Part shown: positions 9,912 to 18,452 of the stretch, piece after piece
How the letters are laid out: the number at the start of each line of letters is the position of its first letter
How positions within the stretch are numbered: position 1 is the stretch's first letter
From: an uncultured Bacteroides sp.
GTDB taxonomy: Bacteria > Bacillota > Clostridia > Oscillospirales > Acutalibacteraceae
Assembly (NCBI GenBank): GCA_964480285.1
Contig: CAYZPT010000001.1
Coordinates: forward strand, 1-47,212
Direction: 5' to 3'
Length of the DNA: 47,212 bases
Program-made: the position numbers and the translations under genes
The notes under the pieces: generated by a model
The model's database searches: none
What the model was told of the DNA's origin: nothing
Seen by the model: the letters and a program-made list of their open reading frames with translations, nothing else

Positions 9912-10367
9912 ATGTTGAACGAAAAAGTAATCAAAGGTTTACAAACCATTGTAACCGAACTTGCACAGCAGGCGGACGGTCATGCACTTCAGTCCAGAAT
10001 TTTTGCAGCTGAGGGCTTTTCCAAGCTCGCAGAAAAGTATGCAGAGCACGCTGTTGAGGAGCGCGGTTGGGTTGAAAAATGCACCGACAGACTTCTCGAC
10101 TTAGGCGTTGACGTGAAGCTTGAAGCAAAAAAAGAAGGTCCTGTTTATAAGGATCCCGTAGAGTGGATTAAATATGACCTCGAGGTTTCCAAAGCAGGTC
10201 TCGTCTGGCTGCACGAGATTACTGAGGAAGCACGTGAGGATTATACCACCTTTGATATCCTCAAGGTGTATTATCAGGACGAGGAAGAAGATGTGTACTG
10301 GGCTGAGGCACAGCTTGATATTATTGAGTGCATCGGCAAGCAGAACTGGCTCTTACAGCAGCTTTAA
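9912..10367 (+). CDS. Ferritin-like/bacterioferritin-like protein
   Basis: Four-helix pattern EHAVEERGW...DRLLDLG...DEEED; RBS GGAGG before ATG 9912. Confidence 0.8.
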   Translation: MLNEKVIKGLQTIVTELAQQADGHALQSRIFAAEGFSKLAEKYAEHAVEERGWVEKCTDRLLDLGVDVKLEAKKEGPVYKDPVEWIKYDLEVSKAGLVWLHEITEEAREDYTTFDILKVYYQDEEEDVYWAEAQLDIIECIGKQNWLLQQL

Positions 10368-10373
10368 TCCGAT

Positions 10374-10823
10374 ATGGAGCATATCAAAGACGATAAATAT
10401 GACTGTATTCGGCTTAGAAACCAAATCTGTTTTCCGCTTTATGCCTGCGCAAAAGAAGTTGTACGGCAGTACAGAAAGCCTTTGGAAAAACTTGGCTTGA
10501 CTTATACGCAGTACGTTGTGATGATGGTGCTCTGGGAATTCGGCGGAATGACAGAGGGTGAACTCGGTAGAAAAATTTATCTCGATTCGGGAACGCTTAC
10601 ACCGCTTCTGAAACGAATGGAAAAACAGGGTTATATCACACGAACCCGCCCTGAAACAAACGAAAGACAACTGTTTGTTGAACTGACAGCTGAGGGGCAA
10701 GTGCTTAAGGATAAGGCGACAGCAGTACCCTGTGAAATGAACGGCTGCCTGAAGCTCACACAGGAAGAAACCCTGTTGCTTAAGAAATTGCTCGATAAAG
10801 CAATTATTCAAATGGAGGTATAA
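10374..10823 (+). CDS. MarR family (OhrR-like) regulator
   Basis: [36 protein letters not shown]. Confidence 0.92.
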   Translation: MEHIKDDKYDCIRLRNQICFPLYACAKEVVRQYRKPLEKLGLTYTQYVVMMVLWEFGGMTEGELGRKIYLDSGTLTPLLKRMEKQGYITRTRPETNERQLFVELTAEGQVLKDKATAVPCEMNGCLKLTQEETLLLKKLLDKAIIQMEV

Positions 10824-10825
10824 AC

Positions 10826-11767
10826 ATGGTAATCAAAGCGGTAAAATTCAGAACAGACGGTTTTTACACCCAGCCCTTCATCTTCGGCGGTGAAGAAGGA
10901 GTTGAAAAATTCGATAAGAATATTCGCTATCGCGGCAGTCTGCAGAACTACCTGATTGATACCGGCGAAGAGGTTATTCTTGTTGACACCGGATTACCTG
11001 CAGGAACGCCCGAGGAAGTGCCGGATGAGAATAGTCCTATCTTTACAGGCAAAGATATCTGCAGTTATATGGAAGCATTCTCCGCTCTCGGTTACAAGCC
11101 GGAACAGGTTACGAAGATTCTTCTTACTCATAAACATAACGACCATTCAGGTGAGCTCAAGTCTTTCCCGAATGCGAAGGTTTATGTCGGCGCAGAGGAA
11201 ATGTCTGCTGAAGAGCTTCAGGGACTTGATAATCTTGTACCTGTTGAATATACTGACGGCGCTTATTATAACTTCCCTGAGAGTCAGAAGATTGCAGAAG
11301 GCGTTTATTTCATCAGAGCCAAAGGTCACACCAACGGAAACAGCATTGTTATCGTTGAAGATGACGGTTTGTTCTATATGCTTCACGGGGATATTACCTA
11401 TATGGATGAGGCGCTGTACGAAAACAAACTTTCAGTGGTGTATGATGACCTTGCTGCGGCTCGCGAAACACTTGACCGTGTTCGTGAATTTGTACGCAAC
11501 CACCCGACGGTTTATTGCGGAACTCACACACCGCAGGGATATGAAAACCTTGAGGCAAAGCGCGTGATTGACCTTGATAATCCCGTTCCGACCGTTCTTG
11601 CAGAGGTTGATTTCAGCACCATGGAAGCAAGCGGCAAATATGTCTGCTCCATCTGTGGCTATGTTTATGACCCTGCTGAAAATGGCGGCGTTGCATTTGA
11701 AGATCTTCCCGATGACTGGAAATGCCCTCGTTGCAAACAACCGAAAGAAAAGTTCAATAGAGCTTGA
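10826..11767 (+). CDS. Metallo-beta-lactamase-fold hydrolase fused to C-terminal rubredoxin
   Basis: [17 protein letters not shown]; C-terminal [12 protein letters not shown]...[13 protein letters not shown]. Confidence 0.88.
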   Translation: MVIKAVKFRTDGFYTQPFIFGGEEGVEKFDKNIRYRGSLQNYLIDTGEEVILVDTGLPAGTPEEVPDENSPIFTGKDICSYMEAFSALGYKPEQVTKILLTHKHNDHSGELKSFPNAKVYVGAEEMSAEELQGLDNLVPVEYTDGAYYNFPESQKIAEGVYFIRAKGHTNGNSIVIVEDDGLFYMLHGDITYMDEALYENKLSVVYDDLAAARETLDRVREFVRNHPTVYCGTHTPQGYENLEAKRVIDLDNPVPTVLAEVDFSTMEASGKYVCSICGYVYDPAENGGVAFEDLPDDWKCPRCKQPKEKFNRA

Positions 11768-11780
11768 TTTTTGGAAATTG

Positions 11781-11808
11781 AAAAACCCGTCCGTTGAGGA
11801 CGGGTTTC
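11781..11808. terminator. Bidirectional terminator (original terminator of the tRNA locus)
   Basis: AAAAACCCGTCC-GTTGA-GGACGGGTTT. Confidence 0.8.
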
Positions 11809-11812
11809 ATTT

Positions 11813-12023
11813 TGGCAGAGGTATAACAACCTGTCAAGTCATGGTAGTATTTGCTTCGCAAATCTCCACCTTAAAGACTTGACAGAACGTTGTTACGGGT
11901 TAAAAAGCATTTTAAACCTGTAATAAGAACTCACCCGTTTGCAAAATCAAAGATTTTGAACGGGTACCCGAGAACCTTGTTACTTCGTAATAAGGATTCG
12001 AACCTTAAATGACGGAGTCAGAG
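11813..12023 (-). pseudogene. Displaced 3' half of tRNA-Gln (distal att site), interrupted by a 167-nt insert
   Basis: 11813-11826 and 11990-12023 are identical to parts of the tRNA at 30753-30796 (anticodon loop to CCA). Confidence 0.9.
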
Positions 12024-12076
12024 CGTAGAACATTTATTCTAAAAGCCGCACCGTTGAGCCGTTTTTTGACCTTGCA

Positions 12077-12205
12077 GTCTCTGAAAAATCTCTCAAAAAA
12101 TTCTGAAGGCAGATGACCAGAATCGTCTGCCTTTTGTAATATCCTTTATTAATATATACGCTCTCAGCCTTAATGATTTTTCGCAGGGTCTCTCAAAAGT
12201 CACTT
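12077..12205. promoter_or_regulatory. Putative integrase arm-type repeats, left end
   Basis: GTCTCTGAA, ATCTCTCAA, GTCTCTCAA and GTCACTT resemble the GTCACTCAA repeats at 30546-30645. Confidence 0.55.
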
Positions 12206-12214
12206 TTCTGCGGA

Positions 12215-12718
12215 CTACGAAACGTAATCAAAAATCATTTCGGCAGTTTTTAGTGAAAGCTTTGATACATTGCCGTTAGTCAGGAAATCATTAACGTTCC
12301 CCGGATTGAGGTGCAAATCAGTATAAATGCGATAATTGGATATGTGCTTTGCCGCCTGCATTTCCCTGATTCTCGGAAGCATAAGATTTTTAGTGTGTTC
12401 TTCATTCTGAATTCGGTTTGTTTTTACCTTATATGAAGTATAAATCTTTTGATACCTTTCGGAAAGTAAGTTGTGTTCAAGAGCATTCTCAACGTTGCTT
12501 ATGAAATTCAGTTCATTCAGCGCGTTTACTATTCTGGCATTCTTAAACTTGGCTAACTGTTCATCATCAAGCGTCATTTTAGCATACAGAACCAGAGGTT
12601 CAAGCAATCTAAGATTATGCTCAACCTCTTTTTCAAGCTTTCTGACGGAAGAAGAACCACATAGCGAAAGCTCGGTTAAATATGCTTTTAAATAACCTTT
12701 GAACGTTAAGGGCTTCAT
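12215..12718 (-). CDS. Hypothetical protein with C-terminal HTH-like region; probable partner of the nucleotidyltransferase
   Basis: ATGA overlap with the upstream gene; ISNYRIYTDLHLNPGNVNDFL is HTH-like. Confidence 0.65.
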   Translation of the reverse strand: MKPLTFKGYLKAYLTELSLCGSSSVRKLEKEVEHNLRLLEPLVLYAKMTLDDEQLAKFKNARIVNALNELNFISNVENALEHNLLSERYQKIYTSYKVKTNRIQNEEHTKNLMLPRIREMQAAKHISNYRIYTDLHLNPGNVNDFLTNGNVSKLSLKTAEMIFDYVS

Positions 12719-13233
12719 TTTTTGAACTCCTCTTTGTAATCGTTATAAAAATCTCTTAATTCTCGTGCGGAATAATCGCTTGTCATACCTTCAATCGCTA
12801 AATCAACCAACTCGTCGAGTTTATCCCAGTCAATCTTCTGAACAACGGTAGGCTGATGTATATCTTCAAAATCCTGCTCTCTTCCGGAGGCGAGCTTTGA
12901 AACGACTAAGTCTTCTAAAGACAGGGTGTAAAAGTCGATTAGTTTCGTTTCCAAATCAATTTTATCTGCTCTTGAAGAATAATCATCTGCAAAACAACCA
13001 ATGTGAGCAGTAACATTCATATTCATATCGTATTTAGGCATCAGGGAGATAAGTTCATACGCAGTACAACGCAAAATATCAATGTCATGCGTGGCTCTGG
13101 GAATAAGACCCATAATCAACATTGCGCCACCGCCAACAATATAACACTCATATTTTATTTTGCTGCTTCCGTACGTAAAAAATGCATCTCTGTCAAATGC
13201 CAATAATCTTGAAAACAATTCTTCTCTGTCCAT
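12715..13233 (-). CDS. DUF6036/AbiEii-like nucleotidyltransferase
   Basis: IVGGGAM...RATHDIDI and DLVVSKL...GREQDFEDI motifs. Confidence 0.8.
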   Translation of the reverse strand: MDREELFSRLLAFDRDAFFTYGSSKIKYECYIVGGGAMLIMGLIPRATHDIDILRCTAYELISLMPKYDMNMNVTAHIGCFADDYSSRADKIDLETKLIDFYTLSLEDLVVSKLASGREQDFEDIHQPTVVQKIDWDKLDELVDLAIEGMTSDYSARELRDFYNDYKEEFKK

Positions 13234-13392
13234 AAATACTCCATAAATCAAAATTTCAATAATACTATTATTCAGTCATTAATTTCATTATATTCTATTA
13301 TAAATCACATGTCAAGAGTGAGCTTAATAATAATCAATAAAGAAAAACACCCACCTCATATGAAGCAGGTGTCCTCTTTGAGATACTAAGCT

Positions 13393-13586
13393 CTAATCCC
13401 AGTAAAACGGACCAAAGCCACTGTAATCAAAATCGTCAACATACGGAGCTTTCTTATTCTTCTGAGCTCGCTGATTCTGCTTGTTGGCTTTGTAAGCTTT
13501 GTTGTTAGGATTGTGCTGATTAGCATAATTATCTAACTGTGCTTGAGTGTGCGTTTTACCTGAAACGCCATTTTTTTCTTAGCCAT
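13393..13586 (-). pseudogene. Small Asn/Gln-rich protein (ANQHNPNN type), split by a one-base shift in an A7 tract
   Basis: RBS AGGAG and ATG 13586. Frame 0 stops after 17 codons. One extra A gives a 64-aa protein: MAKKKNGVSGKTHTQAQLDNYANQHNPNNKAYKANKQNQRAQKNKKAPYVDDFDYSGFGPFYWD. Confidence 0.7.
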
Positions 13587-13892
13587 AGCTTATATCTCCT
13601 TTCTCCACAGAAAGGTACATTTGATAGTTTCACGAGGTTTAACCTTTCGGCAACCGGGGACCGTACCTCCTGATTAGCAATGCACGCAGTATAGCCGTCC
13701 ACCGAGGGACCTATTTAAGCCGCCAATGCCCTACAAATCTTTTGGACATTAATTTGCAGAATACCCTGCATTAACTATTATCTGTGGGTTAGGAGCACAT
13801 TTATAGTTTACCTAGTCCAGTCAGTAAAGAATAAATATTGCTAATATTTATATATCACATTTTCAAATAATGCGCAAGCCCCTGGAATTGCC

Positions 13893-14323
13893 GCAAAAAT
13901 CATATTATGGAGTATCTTACCGCATCAAGTGTATACAGAAGAAAGAAAAGTCCGGAAAAAAGGAATAAAAAAACGGATACTAATAATGGGTTATATAGTC
14001 ACGCTTTCCCTCGATTAAAACGCAGTGTTTGCAAGGGTTTTAAGCGCTGTTTTTCGCTTAGCAAGGGTACAGTACCACTATCCGCAGTTTGGGGGTTGAA
14101 AGCGTGACGGTAAGGGCTTTGATGTAACGCTTATAAGCGTTTTAAACCCAGTGTTTTCAAGGGGTTTGTGACGCGATATTGAACACTTAAGGTAAAACCC
14201 CGCCTAGTGCCGTTTTCGGGGTTTAAAAGCGTTTCATAGACATTTAAAACGGGCTTATTATTGCAAAATCATCTTATGGAGTACCGTGCCGCACCAGATG
14301 TGGACAGAAGAAAGAAAAGCCCG
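13893..14323. repeat. Pair of ~60-bp imperfect direct repeats (13893-13954 and 14263-14323)
   Basis: GCAAAA(A)TCAT(A/C)TTATGGAGTA...CCGCA...ACAGAAGAAAGAAAAG(T/C)CCG present twice. Confidence 0.85.
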
Positions 14324-14669
14324 TTTTTTCAGCGTGAAAACGTACATATGATTTTAAATGGTTATTGTCCGTAATATTGGACCTTAATGTAGTTATTATT
14401 TACACGTGCGTTCATATATGTTACATTGACCTCGAAAGGAAATATTGCATACGGGGCAATGTGCTTCCGCGCAACGGGAACAGTAGGCAACAACTACAGG
14501 AACTTGCTGACATTCCCATTGCAGTATAACTGATTTTACAAAGCAACTATAATAATATAACAAAATAAGATAACATTAATCGGGGTTAGCTATTGAGGCA
14601 ATCCTGATTATTTCATTTTATATATATTGTGAATTTGTTGCATATATTGCAAATAATTGATAAATATTG

Positions 14670-14698
14670 TTGACATTTTGAAAATAATTTGATATTAT
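14670..14698 (+). promoter_or_regulatory. sigmaA-type promoter of the GHKL operon
   Basis: TTGACA-17 nt-TATTAT with TG upstream of the -10 box. Confidence 0.65.
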
Positions 14699-14730
14699 TA
14701 TGGCGTAACAACATTAAAGGAGTGCAAAAT

Positions 14731-14955
14731 ATGAGCGAATCAAAAAACGAAAAGTTTGTAAGAATTGCGGAAGCAAGAACCAATAAAATTATTGATATGA
14801 TTAGGTTGTTGGGTAATTGCTCGAACAGATCTACATACGACTATTCAAAAGATGATGTTAAGAAAATTTTTGGAGCTATAGAAAGCGAATTAAAACTTGC
14901 TAAAATGAAATTTGACGCTCCAGATGATTCATCTTCAAAGTTTAAACTCAGATAG
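14731..14955 (+). CDS. 74-aa helical hypothetical protein, first gene of the operon
   Basis: RBS AAGGAG; MSESKNEKFVRIAEARTNKIIDMIRLLGNCSN... Confidence 0.8.
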   Translation: MSESKNEKFVRIAEARTNKIIDMIRLLGNCSNRSTYDYSKDDVKKIFGAIESELKLAKMKFDAPDDSSSKFKLR

Positions 14956-14965
14956 GAGGTCCATT

Positions 14966-16873
14966 ATGGCTGAATGGTATTTTACTTCAAATGACGGAGG
15001 AGAAGTAAAAGGTATAAACGATTCAGGTGTTTCTACATTTAGAGGAACGCCTTTAAAATCATTAGCTAGAGAAATATGTCAAAACTCTCTTGATGCGGTC
15101 GATGACAAAGGTAAACCAGTAATCGTTGAATTTTCCGCATATAAAATTCCCACTACATCGTTCCCTGGGGCAGACTATTTAAAAGATACTTTTGAAAGAT
15201 GCATTGATTTTTGGAAAGATCAGACAGCAAAGACTACTAAAGAGACTTTCAAAAATGCAATTGATAAAATCAGTAGCAATGAGCTTAATATGATGAGAAT
15301 TAGTGATTTTAACACTAAAGGTTTAACTGGTTCTAAAAGAATTAAAGACATTAATACTGATTGGTACAGATTAATAAAATCAACCGGTTCTTCAGATAAA
15401 AAAGGTCCTGCAGGCGGTTCTTATGGTATCGGTAAATATGCTCCGTTTGCCTGTTCTGATTTTTTAACGGTTATTTATAATACCTATGATATTGAAGATC
15501 AATTTGCGTATCAGGGCGTTTCAAGACTGGTTACTTTTGAAAGAGAAGACGGTTGCACAACAAACGGTATAGGATATTTAGGAAACGAAAAGACTCAACC
15601 GGTCTTTGAGGCAATTCAATTGGATCCTTCTTTTTGTCGTAGTGTTGGAGAATATGGAACTGATATTTTTATTGCTGGTTACAAGTATAGTGAAAACGAA
15701 AGAGAACGTTGGGAAGATAAAATAGTTATTTCTGTTTTAGATGGTTTTCTTGGAGCAATATGGAAAAACAAACTAATAGTCAAAGTTGGAGATATTGAAA
15801 TAAGCAAAGCTTCACTTAACGATTTAATGGATGCTTATAGAGATGAACTCAACGATAAATATGTAACCGAGTACTATGATGTGCTCACTTCAAGCAAGAC
15901 TGTTTGGTTTGAAGAAGAAAACTTTTTTGGCAACGGAAAAGTTAGTTTTGGTGTGCTTTTATCTGATTCAGAAAAAGAATATCATCGCAAAGCTGCTATG
16001 ATTAGACAAACCGGAATGAAAATAAAGGATGCCGATAGGATTTCTACATTTGTTCAATTCGCTGCAGTAATGTTTATTGAAGGCGATAAAATAAACGAGA
16101 AACTCCGTGACATAGAAAACCCTGAACATACTGAATGGCAACCTGAACGTTCTGTTAGACCGTTAGAAGCAAAGACGCTTGTAAAAACCATTAATGACTT
16201 TATGAAAGAATCTGTGTCAAGTTTGATTGAACAAGATGCAAAAGATGAAATGGACGCAGTTGGTGCTGCAGACTTTGTTCCGGACATTCCTGAAGATTCT
16301 GAAAACAAAGAAAAAGATGAAGCTATAACTGATAAGGTGTTAAAGATTGATAAACGCACGGTGTCATCAAGAGCTCTTTCTGGGAACGCTTCTAAAGGCA
16401 ATACTCAAGCCGAAACAACAGAAAACGGCGATGTTGAGCCTGATAATGACAGCGATTATGAAGATTGGTATCATGATGATGATCCCCATCCAGAACCCGG
16501 ACCAGAACCGAAACCTAAAGGTCCAGTAAAAATAGTTGATGGTGAAAGAGAAGTAAAACGGACAATGGATGTAAAACCTTCTCAGTTTATACCCTATTGT
16601 TTAGATGCAGACCACGGAAAATATGCTGTTCTTTTCACGCCATCTGTAAGCGGAACCAACGGAAATATTCGGCTGTTCTTATCTGGTGAAACGGAGAGCT
16701 TCTCCGCTCCAATTATCTCAGTAACAAACGCTGATGGAAGTTCAGTAGAATTTAACAACAATAAAATAATAGGATTAAACTTTGAAAAGGATGTTCCTAT
16801 AAAGCTAATGATTGACATCGATTTCTATGATTATTGTTCAATGGAGGTGAAGGCAAGTGCAGATAAGGCATAA
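14966..16873 (+). CDS. GHKL (MORC/MutL-like) ATPase-domain protein
   Basis: N box REICQNSLDA, G1 ISDFNTKGL, G2 GGSYGIGK, G3 GTDIFI; acidic/Pro-rich linker near the C-terminus. Confidence 0.8.
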   Translation: MAEWYFTSNDGGEVKGINDSGVSTFRGTPLKSLAREICQNSLDAVDDKGKPVIVEFSAYKIPTTSFPGADYLKDTFERCIDFWKDQTAKTTKETFKNAIDKISSNELNMMRISDFNTKGLTGSKRIKDINTDWYRLIKSTGSSDKKGPAGGSYGIGKYAPFACSDFLTVIYNTYDIEDQFAYQGVSRLVTFEREDGCTTNGIGYLGNEKTQPVFEAIQLDPSFCRSVGEYGTDIFIAGYKYSENERERWEDKIVISVLDGFLGAIWKNKLIVKVGDIEISKASLNDLMDAYRDELNDKYVTEYYDVLTSSKTVWFEEENFFGNGKVSFGVLLSDSEKEYHRKAAMIRQTGMKIKDADRISTFVQFAAVMFIEGDKINEKLRDIENPEHTEWQPERSVRPLEAKTLVKTINDFMKESVSSLIEQDAKDEMDAVGAADFVPDIPEDSENKEKDEAITDKVLKIDKRTVSSRALSGNASKGNTQAETTENGDVEPDNDSDYEDWYHDDDPHPEPGPEPKPKGPVKIVDGEREVKRTMDVKPSQFIPYCLDADHGKYAVLFTPSVSGTNGNIRLFLSGETESFSAPIISVTNADGSSVEFNNNKIIGLNFEKDVPIKLMIDIDFYDYCSMEVKASADKA

Positions 16874-17708
16874 GTACTATACCTATCCGATTGTAGCCAA
16901 CAACAGCGATTCGTTTGAAAACGTGCAATTCGAAACAGATGCAGAATATTGCACCGAAGGATACGATGTGAAATTTACTCTAAGTGCAAGCATAAATGAT
17001 GAAAGCATAAAGGAGTTAATTAAATCTGGAAAGGCTTCATATGTTCATCATTTTGAATGTCCGCAAACATGTTTCAGAACAGCCGTTACCACTGACGAAG
17101 AAACTACTGAATATAAAATACATGAAAGTTTAATATGTGGTACTCTGCAAATATGCTCTTTAATTGTAGCTATTGATGATATTATCGGTTACAAAAGCGA
17201 TAATTTTGCTTCGCTTTATAGAGGCTTTCCGTACAACATAAAAAAAGGTTGCGTATTAGGAATTGGAAAGCAACTTGAAATAGATATAGAAAAAGAAAAA
17301 GAGGATTATGAGAACACTTCATCCATCTTCTCTTTGTTGCCCAATAAAGATGAAAACGAAACCACAATGAAAGTTGAAACAGGGAGGCACAAAATTCAAA
17401 TTATTGTTCCTGAAAAAAGCTATAACCAGTATAGGAACTTAAGAGCCAATCTTCAAATACAACCTATTATGCATGCTATGATTCTTATACCTGCATTGGT
17501 TCTTGTTTTAGAAGAATTAAAGAGCTCAAAAGATGATCTTTATACTTATGAAGACAAACGCTGGTTTAAGGCGTTAAAGCTGACTTGTAAAAGGTTTAAT
17601 GTTGAATTAACTGAAGAAAACATACAAAATATTGATTCATACGATTTGGCTCAAAAGATTATGGACTCTCCCACAATCAAGGCGCTCGAATTCCTTGCCA
17701 CAAATTAA
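16857..17708 (+). CDS. Hypothetical protein translationally coupled to the GHKL ATPase
   Basis: GTG start with GGAGGTG RBS overlapping the upstream gene; 283 aa, no motif recognised. Confidence 0.8.
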   Translation: MQIRHKYYTYPIVANNSDSFENVQFETDAEYCTEGYDVKFTLSASINDESIKELIKSGKASYVHHFECPQTCFRTAVTTDEETTEYKIHESLICGTLQICSLIVAIDDIIGYKSDNFASLYRGFPYNIKKGCVLGIGKQLEIDIEKEKEDYENTSSIFSLLPNKDENETTMKVETGRHKIQIIVPEKSYNQYRNLRANLQIQPIMHAMILIPALVLVLEELKSSKDDLYTYEDKRWFKALKLTCKRFNVELTEENIQNIDSYDLAQKIMDSPTIKALEFLATN

Positions 17709-17721
17709 GGAGGTGCATTGA

Positions 17722-18438
17722 ATGTTTGTAAAATTTATTTCTGAAGAAGACCTAGAAAAAGCACGTGCTAATTACAAAACGATTTCTAAGAATATTCTTA
17801 TTAAAGGTAATACAGACTTACAATCCATGTTCAACGATGAAAACATAATAAGAAATACTTCTATTGAAATTGAGGATTTTACTCTGGATATGTCACCAGA
17901 AAATCGAGTAAGCTCTGATTTTGAAAACGTGAAAAGAGTTTATGAACACATGAAATCCCTTTCTGTTTCAAAAGCTTCAGACGAAAGAATATGGGTAGCA
18001 TATGCATTGTCCGAATTTGTTGATTATATGAAATATCGTTGGATGCCAGACGGGGTTGGAAAGCGAATGGATAGATATTTCTTTTCAAGTAGCAGAAAGC
18101 GTGCTTTATTTAGACATGGTATAGCAAGGCTTTGGTGGATAGGATATTCAACATATGATGCTGATCGGGCAGATCCATATGAACTAACCGAGTTTGCTCT
18201 GAGTCATGACCAAGACTTTATTAACCAAATTCTAGATATTGGCTTTTCGAGCAACAAAACCATTTCCAGTGCTGTAATAACCGCTTTATATGATGCGGAA
18301 AAGGCTGGAGTTACCATAAGTCGTGATTTGGTGCGTGAAATCAGCAAATATGTAAATCTTCTTGGAGGCACATATGTATTAGATTGCTTGTCTAAAGAAG
18401 AAATATATGATAAGATAAAAGTAAGGATAAATTTCTAA
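17722..18438 (+). CDS. DUF6339-like protein
   Basis: ASDERIW...YMKYRW...RYF...RHGIARLWWIG pattern. Confidence 0.7.
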   Translation: MFVKFISEEDLEKARANYKTISKNILIKGNTDLQSMFNDENIIRNTSIEIEDFTLDMSPENRVSSDFENVKRVYEHMKSLSVSKASDERIWVAYALSEFVDYMKYRWMPDGVGKRMDRYFFSSSRKRALFRHGIARLWWIGYSTYDADRADPYELTEFALSHDQDFINQILDIGFSSNKTISSAVITALYDAEKAGVTISRDLVREISKYVNLLGGTYVLDCLSKEEIYDKIKVRINF

Positions 18439-18452
18439 CATAGGTGTAAATA

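Noticed and set aside
11827-11993. Canonical group I intron
   Set aside because: Short, with no recognisable P7/guanosine-binding core or U-G pair at the 5' junction; kept only as an unclassified insert
13620-13785. Hammerhead ribozyme on the minus strand (CUAAUCA...GAAAC)
   Set aside because: The core differs from CUGANGA at two essential positions and the cleavage-site geometry does not fit
13889-13916. Chromosomal dif site
   Set aside because: Only loosely similar, duplicated, and inside a mobile island
13907-14107. 66-aa ORF
   Set aside because: No RBS; starts within the direct repeat and runs through palindromic motifs
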